A stretch of DNA of 63,836 bases, counting the filler, from Reticulomyxa filosa (Eukaryota; Protista; Foraminifera), in assembly GCA_000512085.1 (NCBI GenBank). It is 16 parts of 16 records of this genome, joined end to end, with 100 filler letters (N's around TTAATTAATTAA, not from the genome) between each part and the next. Parts side by side here need not be neighbours in the genome. Positions count along the whole stretch, not along the records: positions 48,432 to 55,589 come from ASPP01018235.1; positions 55,690 to 56,830 come from ASPP01039604.1; positions 56,931 to 61,971 come from ASPP01020171.1; positions 62,072 to 63,836 come from ASPP01023933.1; 12 more parts are not named here. One strand, given 5' to 3'. The notes under the pieces were generated by a model. That model ran no database searches, was not told where the DNA came from, and saw nothing but the letters and a program-made list of their open reading frames with translations. The translations under genes and the position numbers were made by a program. Positions 51,401-63,836 of the stretch are shown here, in pieces; within the stretch, counting starts at the first letter, position 1, and each line of letters starts with the position of its first letter.

Positions 51401-53085
51401 TTTTTCTTACTGTGGTCATTTGGTTCCACTAAGGACACACACACGCCCTCTTGACTGATACAAAGTTGGTCGCACTCGTGAAGTAGTCTCTGTATGTCAT
51501 CTTCTTCAGTCAGTTCGTGATAGCGCGTGACAATATCGTGCAGCGCTTTGATTTCGGAAGGTGGAGTCTCTTTGCACTCCTCCAATTTGGCTTGCTCCAA
51601 TTCTTCTATAATGTTCTTATGCACACTGCACTTACATGTTATGCATTTCAAGATTACGAGTTTGAGAATCTGAAACACGATTCTTTGTTTGTACACTTTG
51701 GCGTTTTCACTACTGTCCTTGCATTTCATAAACTCTGTTGACATTTCATTTAGTTCTTCATCTTGCCATCTGCCAAATTCGTGGCAATCTGTTTATATTT
51801 GTTTTTGATATTGCTATTTTTTCTTACAAATTTTAAAAAAAAATTCGAACCTTGAACAGGATTTTGGAGCCACTTTTTCACTCGAAAAAAACTCTTTGTG
51901 TATTCTCGTACATCTTCGTTGATTGGGACGTCCTTCACTTTTTTGCTATTTTCATTATAATTCAATTCTTGTGTTATACACATTAGAAAAATATTTGGTT
52001 ATTAACTTACATTGGAGCCCGCTGTTTTAATATTATATTCGTTGGCTTCCACTTATCGTCTATGCATCGTAGACGAAATTGCACGACATCGCCCTTACGC
52101 CATTCTTTCATGTTAAAACTGATCTTTTTTTTTTTTTTTTTTTTGGACAAAATGTTTAAAAAAAAGATTGTTCAAACATTTTTTGTATAGTTTTTGTAAA
52201 AAAAAGACTTACTTGTTTCACACTACCATCCTGCAAAAAAATGAGGGGAGACGACTTGAACATCTCCAGAGAGAGTTAGTGTGTACGACTTTGGGAATTT
52301 AATAGACTTGATATGTGCCTTGTCTCCTGCCACTTCATATTGACATACAACTTCATCTCCCAATTCAAGTTTCAAGTCAAACCATCTTTGATCTTCAAGA
52401 TTGAATTTCATTAGATAATTATTCTGTGCACATTTTTTCTAAATTTGTATTGTTGTGGATTTTTTTTTTTTTAGAAAAAAACTTAAAGTCATACAAGCTT
52501 ACGTACTTGAGTTATGATCAATCCCAAAACATTATCAACGTTATGAATGATGACACACTCTTCATAATATTTAATATTAGCACTTGGACTCACAAAGGAG
52601 CCAGTTTTCTATTGTTTTTCAAAGCGTCCAAAAAAAAAAAAAAGTTTGTGATTACTATTGCTACAGAAATCTCAAAAACATACCTCTTTTTCTACACTCG
52701 ATATAGCTTCGTTACTATACACAAAAAAGGGCAAGGTGGTGTTTGGACAACACAAAGATTTTCCATACAACTAACGACACTATTTTCTTTTTTTTGTTAC
52801 AGACTTTGTTTCCATTCCATCAACAATTCCATCGATATCCAGTTGCTTTGACTCAGGACGCCTTTTATTTATTTCTTTCATTAACTTCTTCTTTGGGGCA
52901 GGCGGTATCTTCACATGCCCAAAGATTGTTTGCCAACTCTTTGTTGAGAGATCAGTAACAGCATCCAAGTCTTGACACCCAATCGTTTTCAACAAAAAAT
53001 CCATGAGCTTGTCCACATCCTCTTTTTTGAGAAATTTAGCAAAGAAACAGCGTATTTCTTTTTCTTCTGAAGGAGGAGCGTTCAT
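48432..53085 (-). CDS. Very large multi-exon protein, N-terminal part: SAM-like start then long alpha-helical region; 3'-partial
   Basis: Chain of collinear minus-strand ORFs including 788 aa open to the contig end. First exon L...GCQDLDAVTDLS...W.......IPP..KKKL..EI is SAM-like. Confidence 0.6.
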
Positions 53086-54179
53086 CTCTCAATTTAGATG
53101 AGATGGTCTTTTCTTGTATCAAAAACCCAAATACAAATACAATTCAATCTGTAGAGCAATGCCCTACTGATTAGGAGGAACTCAAGAACCCCTTTTATCT
53201 AAAACCCACTTACACTTTTCACTAGCCTTTCTTCTTTGTTGTTATTTATCGTCATTTATATTATTCCCTGATTTAACTATTTTGTCTCTTATTGAAAAAT
53301 TGCTCAGAAATCTGAAATAAACATGAATAAAATAGACAACTATTGCATAAAGATCTTTGCACATCAAAATACATAGATAATTCTTCGTGAAATCGAAAAT
53401 TTTTGCGATGAAATAGGGCAATGGTAAAAGCGTCAACAAAATGTTGTTTCATTGGATTTTGTTTGTGTACTTGCATCTTTTTCAATTAATCGTTTCAGTT
53501 GCACCAAGCAGCATTCCACACTGTTTAGTTTTTTATTGCTCGTTTCATATCTTATCGCCAATGGATTTGTCATTATATGCTGTTGAAGGTTTATTTGACG
53601 CTTTTTTTTATATATTTTTTGGTTTATTTAACGTCAAAACTTAACGTCTTCGCAAAACCCTTTTTTTTTAATACAAGTTTTATTTCCAATTTTTTTTTTC
53701 ATGAAGACAAAACATCTGTTTCAAAGATTTTATTGTCTTTTGTAAAAAAATAAACAAATCAGAATTTTGGAAATTATAACTACTTCAAGTTCTATTAGTG
53801 TATTATGGAAAATCCACTCTTAACGTATACCAGTAAAACCTTTTTGTTAAACTTCAATTACAGAAAAACAAAATAGATTGAACACGCACAACTTCTCCAC
53901 TTTTCGAAGTTTTCAAAGAGGGGTTTACGTACAGCAAAGAAAATAAAATGCAATGTTTTGAAGTTGACTTCATTTTTTTATTTACATTATCATATTTTTT
54001 TTTATAAAAAAAACGAACACTTTTTTCATACAAAAAAGATAATGGCTAGTGATGTTCACCATTTCGCTACGTTGTCCATCGTAATAAAGTCGGTGATATG
54101 TCATATAATACTGACAATGGTATATGACAAAAAATATGATATATTATTGTATGAAACAAAGAATATAATATTGAACTGT

Positions 54180-55589
54180 ATTTCAATAGGAGATTTGAAA
54201 TGCAATGGATGCGTGCAAGACGACAGCAGCAACAATTCGTTATGATTCAAACCAATTATAAGATAAATTAATGTGGAATATCTATGACGTCCTAATTAGG
54301 AAAAATACAATCAAGGCAATATATGGGGACAATAAGAAGGAAAAAGAGTCAATAAACGAAAGTGTACTTAACACAATTAAAATAATAAATATCTGTATTA
54401 AATATAATGCATCGAAACATCTATTGAAACACAACATAAGCAAATACGAATTACAAAAAGAACAACAACAAAAGCAAGAACTAAATAAACTAATATTTAG
54501 ATTACAAAAGAACATAAATAATGGAAATGATATAAACTTTTATGAAATAATTAGTAAACTACAATGAGACCAATTACTACTACATGATAAATCAGGAAAA
54601 GCGATACACCAAAATAGATAGAAATACATATTACTGGGTTAGCAATACAAACTTTTATTCAAACATGTACAGCATAAGGACACATCATGGTAAATGGAAA
54701 TAAAAGCAATAACACAAGATCACATGCATAAAACACATTTATCATATTAAGAACAATTAGATATACAATTCGAAGAGAAAGAATTGATTACAATTGGGAA
54801 AAAACTGTAAAGGAACAAAACTGTATTCTTAGATGGTATTTCAAACGAATTGATTTGTCTATTAATAAAAGAAATTCCAAAACAAATGACAAACATAATA
54901 AATATAATGTGTAATAAAGAAACAATCCCAAATAAATTACTAATGTTGAAAATGATAAGCATACCAAAAAAGAACAATCTATATAACTGCAATGATATAC
55001 TTGGAATAAGTATAAAGTCGGCGACACTATCTATTATTGATAGACTGATCTTAAATAGATTATAGCCAGTCCTAGAAAGAAATATACACAAAGAACAAAA
55101 TGATTTCATGAAGGGAAAAGGGATATATGACAATATAATTATATTACGAACTATATTATATAATAGAAAATATACCGAAAAGAAGGGCTGTTACATGTAT
55201 TTATTAGACATTAACAAAGCTTTTGATGCAGTGTGGTATGATGTGCTATTATACAAATTGATAAAAATTGGGGTCAAAGGGAAATTGCTTCGACTATTAT
55301 ATTTAATGCTAACCCAAGGCCACTTATTAGTAATATGTGAAGATTGTATGTATTCTAACTTCAAAATTGACACGGGCACAGGACAAGTATATCATATAAG
55401 TGGACCAATTTTCAACATATATATCAATGACATCATAATGATGACCAATAAAGAAAACACATTACAGAAAATGTACAAAACAGATTTACCATTATGTTTG
55501 CTATATGCAGATGATATCATAACAATAAATGGCACACATAATGATAATAATACAGTAGAATGCAAAGTAAAGTTGACACCTAAAACGGC
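54180..55589 (+). mobile_element. Decayed non-LTR (LINE) retrotransposon reverse transcriptase
   Basis: IPKK...C....GIS, QNDFMKGKG..DNI, LLDINKAFDAVW, G..Q...ISG.IFNIYIND, LLYADDI. In-frame stops upstream. Confidence 0.85.
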
Positions 55590-56989
55590 NNNNNNNNNNN
55601 NNNNNNNNNNNNNNNNNNNNNNNNNNNNNNNNNTTAATTAATTAANNNNNNNNNNNNNNNNNNNNNNNNNNNNNNNNNNNNNNNNNNNNGAATAATAGTC
55701 GTTGTTGCAAATTCTTGCGTCCATTCAACAATTATTGGCGCACAATGATTGATGATACAATTTGTATTTTTTTTTTTTTTGGACGTATTCTATGCTATTA
55801 TTCTCCCTTGCTCTTGATTGCCATCTAACACGTTGCCAGTGGTCAATAGTCGATCCAGGACGTAGTTTGGTAAAGATAATATGCATTTATTCCACAAACG
55901 CAAGACAAACGACTCTTGAAGCGATTGAACCAGAAAATGCGACAAGCTATCTCTATCTCTATCTATTCACCAATTAGCAATGATCAATGTCGACTGCGAG
56001 CTTACCATTTCTCCCATCAACACGCTCATGATTCAAAACCTAACATATATGCATGTGCGCACGCACACAACCAGTTTCGGTTGTTGTCCTGAGTTGATAC
56101 AAATTAGCGCTCTATTTCCATTACGACCAAGTTTCCATTGTTCGTTCGTTGGCACCAGTAGCTCGAAGTTCGATACAATCTTTGCTGCTAATTGTTGGCG
56201 TGACACAGTACCAGAGACTTATGTCTGTTTACGTTGGATGGTAAACACGCTCTTTCAAATACTTCGTGCCACCACTGCTAGACATTGCCATATTTGTTTA
56301 ATACTTTCCCATTAGGGCGCGCTATTTGGAGTTAGTAACGTCACCAAGTTGCGATTTTGCGCGTTTCAAGACGTAGAGCGCAAATCAATTATCAACTCTA
56401 ATAAAGCAGGCCAACTACTTTCTTTTTTTTTCCTTTAGGCAACTTAACGCGATACGGACTTGATATTATTTTTTATTCTCTTCATTATCATCTCCTCTTT
56501 CTCTTCTTTCTTGCGGGCGTCTTGGAGTTTAGGCATAACTAAATTGGACCACTTACATGAGATGATTTTTCCGATGTAGTAATTGCTCGGTCGTAAATGT
56601 TGATTATTTTTTAACAATGTTCATGTTCTTTCATTCTTCGTCTTCCACTTCTTGATTTCTTGATTGCTATCAAATACGTTGTCTGTAGTTCATAGTTTAT
56701 CTCGGAGGCAGTTCAGCAAGATAACAAACGTTTGTTCGAACAAACGCAAAGGCACATACTTTTGCAGCGACGGAAAATGCAACTAACCTTCTTTCTTTCT
56801 TCACCTATTAACAATGTCCAATGTTTCGCGNNNNNNNNNNNNNNNNNNNNNNNNNNNNNNNNNNNNNNNNNNNNTTAATTAATTAANNNNNNNNNNNNNN
56901 NNNNNNNNNNNNNNNNNNNNNNNNNNNNNNTTCGCGAGTTGACACTCCTCGATGTAGGACATATCTATTCACTGCAGGGTGGTCACTTC

Positions 56990-57241
56990 CACTTCTCACA
57001 TCCACACAATGAGACTTGCATTGGAATATATGAGTAATCCCATTGCAAATTTGTGATTAATTCGATATTCAACAAATGGAATCCTGATATCTATAAATTG
57101 CCGATTATTGATTGCCAAAAGATGTTGGGATCATTTAATGAATATAATGTTCCAGACATTTATTGGATTAAAGGTCATTCTGGTATTCCTGGAAATGATA
57201 AAGTGGATCTTATTGCAAATAATGTTCGCAAGAAAGCCTAG
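56990..57241 (+). mobile_element. Retroelement RNase H remnant
   Basis: IYWIKGHSGIPGNDKVDLIA is the RNase HI C-terminal motif; the flanking sequence is degenerate. Confidence 0.75.
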
Positions 57242-59672
57242 CATTTGCAATCAGGTTTGATCCAACAATAAAAATCAGCAGCATTCCTGAATAATCATGG
57301 ATTGAATCCCTTTTTACATAGCAATGGAACAGACATTTAATTTTTGATTAATATTACAAATTTCAATTTAGATTGAAATAACTTTATTGTTTTTCTTTTA
57401 ATTATTTTGCATTGATCTTTTGGTCGTTGTAAGATTTTGTGTCTTTTATTTGTGCACTATGTTCTACTTCCTAAATAGTGCTGCAAAGAAAAACAAAAAC
57501 ATAAAATTTTTTTTAGATTGGCTGCAGTGTCAAGTGTTGGACTGCCATATCGCTTTATCAAAACCTGCAGTACTTTTTGCATTCTACACTTGCGCAAAAT
57601 CAGGTTTTCCAAATTAAAAGAGGACATCCGTTTTCTTAGAACGATGTTCTTTTAACTTGAAAGAGCCAAATTTGCAAGTACATCAAAAATAGTATTCCAA
57701 TAATATATCTAAAAAAAATGTTTCAATAATGCGAAAATATGTTTGCTTATTCTGCAAAAGTAATCTTTGATTATCTTCTGTTTTCCTTCCAAATATTTTC
57801 ATCATTAAAGGCAGACAAGCCAAAATATGTGTAAAAAAGTACCAACACCTAATGGAAGGATAACATGTCCAAATACATGCTCATATGGCAAACAAAAAGC
57901 AAAAGTTGCAAAATGCAAAAGAAAAATCACCGAAAATACACGTAGGCCGAAGGCATCCGCTAGGAAAGTGCGATGAAGCCTAGCACGTAGCAAACGAATG
58001 TTGTATGTTGCTCCCAATCCCTGAGATTTCCCAAATGCGACTTACAGAACTTTCTGTCTCTGATAAATTAATTATGGTCCTCTATGATTTGCAAGTGTCA
58101 TTGAGACTTTAACCAAAGTGAATTGGATGTTGTTTTTTTCATTGATTTGTTTGAATTAGTGTCTCATTTTTGACTATTTTCATTCAGTACGTATTAAAGT
58201 TTTTGTAAATACAGCCAGTTGGAACAAACTCCACTCTGTGTTTCCTTTTTAAATTGTGAACTATTGAATTTTTTCATTGATATGTATGCTTTGTGATATC
58301 AATACGTCTGATCAAAATATACATTGATATTCCACAATTTAGGAAATAAATACTAATATGTTTTTGATCTTTATGTTTCATTTCTTCTTTCAGATTTTTG
58401 ATATTAAATATGTTATTTTGCTTTTGGTTTTGTTTCCTTTTAATTTTTAATGATTATTCATGAAACGTGCAAATGTCGTTTTGTTGATTACTTTGTATTC
58501 CTTGTGATTGATTTGTTTTATTATGATGTTTTTTCCTTTTTCTTTTTTTTCTTTTTGAAATTTCAATATCACAACATTCTCCACCTAAAAAGAAATATTT
58601 ACAAACCAAACGAACATCGATGATAAAATAATTATTAACAATACATGTTAACTTTCCTTTTGTTTCCGTCTGAAGCCAAATACTAGTCTGAACTTCATCA
58701 AATTTTACTTTGCTTTTGATAAAAGTCGTTAATGTTGTTCTGGAAAATGATCAATTTGTTTATTGATTACTTTCTATATTTATGATATCATGTACTTTTG
58801 ATTTTTATTTTAATGATTGCATAAATGCTTGAACAATTATTATAATTTATGCATTGAAGCTTGCAATTACGCGATTTTTCAGCTTTTTGCTTTTATCTAA
58901 TTGTTAATCTTTCTTGTTCTTGTTTTCGTTTTGGACGTACTTCTTTTTTGACGATAATTAATGTAGGACAAGCCCCTACTATATATTACTGAACTCAAAA
59001 TAGTTGATTAGCCACTAGTGTGTTAAACTTCTCCACCAACTTTTCTTCAATCTTTGTTTGTTTTCTTTCTTTTATTGTGCTATTCATCTTCCATTTACTT
59101 AATTTACTTTTGTTTTATTGAAAACAGATCTTTTTTCGAGTAAAACTTTTCGTATTACATTTAGTGTCGTCTCTTATCAGTAGCAGACGTCCCACATTAA
59201 TATGACTTTTATACGTTCTTGTATATGTATTTGTAAGTATCACTTAAGTCATGCTTGACATTTGTGTAATAATCGATTTTCGTTTATATATTATTTTTCT
59301 ATCAGTTTTCACTAAATGTATTTCTGCAATAGCTGTGATTCTATCTAGTTTTAATTAACTCTTCGATTCAAATCACTCTATTTATTATTCGAATTCGATG
59401 TTTAATAGTTCCATGTGGCCATTCATACTCGTTTTTGAGTCACCATTTTAATACTCATCATTTGTAATAAGACAAATTATAAAAAAACTGTTATGCAGCA
59501 TTGTAACAAGAGAAATTCGGTTTTATTCGGCCACAATGTTGACAAGATTATTTATGCTATTGTGTTGCATTATCTTTGATAAATTGCAAGTAATAGATAA
59601 AAATTTTTGTTTCATTCATCGTAAAAAAAAAAAGTACGGACTCATTCAAGGAAATAATTTTTGAAAAAGGGA

Positions 59673-60972
59673 TTACTGTCCAGGTTCAATTTCATTTGGT
59701 AAAACTTCATTCTCCTCTTTTTCTCTCTCTTCTATTTGTTGTGGAGGATTTTCTTGAGGAGCAGCATTTACATTTTGAATATTTGAAAGTTCAGCCTTTT
59801 CTTCTTTTTTTTCTTCCTTTTTGGCTTTTATATCAGCAATTGCCTTTGTAATGACCTTGATGTGGCCAGCTTTGATTCCAAGTTGTTTCAACTCCTCTTC
59901 ATTGATTTCAACAATCACATCAAGTCTATCATAGCCATTGTCCAGGAAAAGATCAGCGTATTCACTCAATGCCAATTGTTTGAACCAATTTCGAACGTCT
60001 TCCCTCCATTGTTGTTTCAGTATCATTTCATTGTCGATCATCCCTCGTTCCAACAACTCATTTTTGTGTTGCTCGTCTTCCTTTTCTCCGATTTTTTTTT
60101 CTCCACTTTCACCTTCGTGTGGATCCGACACACTGTCACCGCCGCTCTTTGCCCCTTTTTCCCCCATCGCAACTGCTTCTCAGTTAAAAAATTCTTTTTT
60201 TTTATGTTTTATGTGTAAAATTAACCAAAGCTCGCTAACAACTTCCTCATGTCGGCATTGCGGGCTTTGTCCAATGGAGTCTTGTTGATTTTGTTCTTCA
60301 AGTTTGGCATCGCATTGAAAGACAGCAGTGTCTTTGCAATTTCCATTAGTCCGTACTATGTAATCCGTATACACACAAACGTGTGTATCCTTGGACTCAT
60401 TTCTCTGTCTTCTCTTAACTTGGCTTGCTTTATGCAAAGGGGTTTCTAAGTCTGTTTTTTTTAAAAAAAAGGGGGACCAGAATGAATTCATTAAAAAAAA
60501 AAACATTGTCACACACACATACAAACCTTTATTTTTTGCATTGACATCAGCGTTGCCTTGGGAAAGCAACAACTTGACGACCTCCGGCTGCTTGTGGATA
60601 ACTGCCCAATGTAGGGCAGTATATCCATCTTTATCTCTGTCTTCGATGTTGACTCGAATTGCATTTGAGTCGGACGAATCTTTATTGCTGTTCAGAGATA
60701 ACAGCCTCGACACGACATTCAAATGGCCTTGGTAACACGCCCACATCAATGCTGTCGCTTGAGAGTCCTCGTCGTGACAATTTACATTAGCGCCTCTTTT
60801 TATCATCTCATTTATTTTGTCCATCTCTCCTTTTTTGCAGGCTTCAATGAATTCACTGTGTTTTTTTAGATTTTAGTCTGCTCTTCATTTTGGATTTTTA
60901 CTTTGTTTTGAAGATTTGTAATTGTTACTTTGTCTGGCCACCGCCACCTGGTGTTGTTTCAGAATTTCCCAT
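59673..60972 (-). CDS. Ankyrin-repeat + SAM-domain protein with MGN myristoylation-like start (multi-exon)
   Basis: MGNSE start; ATALMWACYQGH, GYTALHWAV, ETPLHKAS; SAM W..DVRNWFKQLALSEYADLFLDNGYD......EEELKQLGIKAGHIKVI. Confidence 0.85.
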
Positions 60973-61403
60973 TGTGATCTTCTCTCTCCTGTCTGAACGT
61001 TCAAGGCTTGCCTCGGGCAAACAAGCAAGGACTTGTATAATCATTACAAATCCCTTACTGTTAACAACATTTCTTGAAAGTATTTTGATAAAATGCAAAA
61101 ATCTTTTCAAATCGATAAAAGTGAATAGGTTTTCAATGGATTTTTTGTAGACATCAAAAAAAAAAAACGAGAAACTTGTCATGTGAAAAAGTAAAAAATT
61201 GGTGACAAAACAACCTCCTTTTACTTGTAAACAATAAATGTTGAGAGAAAAAAGAGAAAAGGAGGAGGAGAGAGGAGGGAATAAACACAAAAGGAAGAGG
61301 ACTATCTTTTGAAGATTTTACAGCTGAGAATAAAATTCTAAACAGAGAGAGTTACAAAGTACAAAAAGTATGGAGAAAAAAAAGAGGAGTTAGAAAAAAA
61401 AAA

Positions 61404-61971
61404 TTAACGTTGGAAGATATGTATATATTTCTTGACAAAACGATTGAACTCTTCGGTAGCAGCAAATCGAGAGAAGCTATCACGGGACATTAACTCGTAA
61501 GCCTACAATATGTGTATTGTTGATAGCAAGATTGAAAGAGCATGTATTGCAAGTAACAAAGTAACATAACTTCTTCCGCAGCTCTGTCAAAAGCCTGCAC
61601 TAAAATTAATCGTACTTGTTTTTCGAGATTGGTTGCGCCCAATAAGGAGTGTTCATGTTTTGCATTAATCTGATTGAGAATGCTGTTGGAATTTTTGTTT
61701 TGTAGTGACAGAAACGTCTCCAAACTCGTGCTATCTTTGACAGTGTTGTGTTTCGGGTGTTGGTACACCACCGAGGCATCGAGTTTGTCGTGAGGAAAAG
61801 GAGGGATCTGAGATAGCTCCACAACTGAGGCCAGAGTTGGTGTGGATGTTTGTTGGCGCTGGTGTGTCGTCTTCGCATTTGCCATCGGTGGAGTATTGAC
61901 AATGACGCCCTTGTTGTTGTTGTGATTATTCTTCTTGTCATTGGCATTGGCATTGGCATTGGCATTGGCAT
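61404..61971 (-). CDS. 3' end of an RGS-domain protein; intron about 61503-61570
   Basis: Splicing gives LVQAFDRAAEE|AYELMSRDSFSRFAATEEF, the canonical RGS C-terminal helices; stop at 61404. Confidence 0.75.
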
Positions 61972-63836
61972 NNNNNNNNNNNNNNNNNNNNNNNNNNNNN
62001 NNNNNNNNNNNNNNNTTAATTAATTAANNNNNNNNNNNNNNNNNNNNNNNNNNNNNNNNNNNNNNNNNNNNCAATTTCATATTTAAAAACTACAAGATTA
62101 GTATATATTTTTTTATAAAAAATTAAGTTTAAATATTTATTTTTCATGGAGAAAATGATTCTATTCATATAATGCCATTTAGGTATGTCAGTTTTTTTTT
62201 GCAATATACTGTAAATGGAAGAATGTACTTATGTATTGATAGCTTCATAAATGATGGATTTGTGCAAGTCGTATTAAATGGATAAAAAGCGGATTTGTAT
62301 AAATTCGAAGTATGTTTACCTCAATGATCATCGCTATTGCATCTATTATTTTTATTATATATAAACAATATTGTGGAAATGATAAAAAAATTGTTAAGAC
62401 AAAGTTTGGAGTATATATTTTATTAAGATTAAAGGCATCCTGCATGTTTTGATACATTACCTTTACATTGTTAAAAAAGAAAAATAGCAATAATATTTAG
62501 CACATTTCCACATGCCCAATTGTCAAAGAAATTTGTAAGTTTTGTTTTTCGTGTTGATCTGTGTATCGTTTTTAATTATGTTAGAGGGAGGCAGTACCTC
62601 AATAACTATGCAATGTTTATTAATAGTTTTTCTTAACTTTTTTTGTTTATTTTTATTGATTATTGAAATTGCTCAAAAGAGAAAGAATTTTTCTATTGCT
62701 CTTGTATTGATACATTTTCACATGATATCAAAATTTTTGATATTCGTTTCCTTTTTTTCATCATGTTTTTGTTATGTCTATTTTATGTTTTGGAGGCTCT
62801 CGCTTTGTGAAAAATATTTGAATACTAGTTACGCTTCCTTTTCTTTATCTACATTAAATAACTACAATTTTAAGTCTTTCTGTTATTGAAAAGAGAAATG
62901 TTGTAAATTTTGTCAAGCATTGAAGTAATTTATAAGTTCAGAGTTGGAATATAAGAATTTTTTTTAATATTAAATTAACATTGTGTACAATAAACATCAA
63001 ATTACAACAAGTTAATATAAACAACTTTGTTTCTGCAATACAATTTTTTAAGAATATAACAAAGCATATGTTTGTTTTTCTGACATTTTTAATTCATTGC
63101 ACAATAATCGACAATTCTTGTAAATCTATGATAGAGCCACTGGTCAATTGTTCTTTCAATGTCAAATTGATTTTTTTTTATTTTTGTCTGATTGAAATTT
63201 GATATTCTGTTTGATCATTGTTTTTTTTGCGTTCCACAAGTAAGTATTATATTGATTTGGCGACTGTTTTTGAGGCTTGTGCAATCTTTTTCCCTCAACT
63301 CTGATCAGTTTTTACTAGAATGTTGTTGTCTGGTTTTTGGTGTTAATTTTGAAATAACTAATTTGTCGAATATTATGATCTTTTATTCAGGAAGTTTTGT
63401 GAAAAAAGTAGATAGCTAAAGTGACACATTTACAAAGATTATCAAGTTTCTACACGAGAAGCAAAGGCTCCAAAATAAAGTCAATAACATAAATGTATTA
63501 TTATTATTGACAGTCCGTTTTTTTAAAGCCTTTGTTTTCGTGTAGGAACCGAATAACCCTCATAAATATGTTACTTTGGCTATCTATTTTTTTCCCAAAA
63601 CTTCCCAACCTGACAACAACAATCATTAACTGATGCGAAATGACTTCCATTTAGTCGGTATGCACGATCAATTTTTTTTTTTTTTTTTTTTTACATCGTC
63701 CATAGATTTTCCCATTTGCATCTCTTTTTTTTTCATGCTCGCTTCGAAGTTCAAATTTTCTGCTCACAATGAACCAGTTACAACACTCGATTGAATATCT
63801 CCACAAGATATTCATTTTCCATCTTAGGCATAAGCA

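Noticed and set aside
54180-57241. RT fragment and RNase H fragment as one retroelement
   Set aside because: They are separated by two linkers and an unrelated contig, so linkage is unsupported.
17836-62071. Regularly recurring TTAATTAATTAA motif flanked by Ns (CRISPR-like or repeat array?)
   Set aside because: Artificial six-frame-stop contig linker. Genes on different sides of a linker are not neighbours.
57300-63836. Coding-like fragments at 57800-59100 and 62072-63836
   Set aside because: Too degenerate to assign to any family or reading frame.

Overview
This window is not continuous DNA. It is 16 contigs joined by an artificial 100-nt linker (N44-TTAATTAATTAA-N44, stops in all six frames). 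Fifteen contigs are AT-rich, intron-containing eukaryotic DNA. Their gene families (zinc-finger/coiled-coil/WD40, TPR and HEAT arrays, several RGS genes) suggest a foraminiferan such as Reticulomyxa; this is inference, not a database result. Eukaryotic genes seen: Mrt4, a CNBD/EAG-type K+ channel, an LPCAT-like acyltransferase, a stand-alone HIRAN protein, RING-H2 and RBR E3 ligases, an E2, a USP, a G-alpha, three RGS genes, ankyrin proteins, a Kelch-PKA-like kinase fusion and decayed LINE fragments. Two items stand out. (1) A GC-rich bacterial contig (36614-37999) holds a complete IS110 element inserted at a CT core into a 113-bp palindromic REP-like repeat. All four bridge-RNA guide segments (target and donor) and a circle-junction promoter can be read directly from its sequence. 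(2) An intronless gene on a eukaryotic contig (22013-23680) encodes a predicted N-myristoylated protein ending in a bacterial pesticin-type muramidase domain with an intact E/T/D triad, a candidate horizontally acquired antibacterial effector. Several single frameshifts in or near homopolymers look like sequencing errors.
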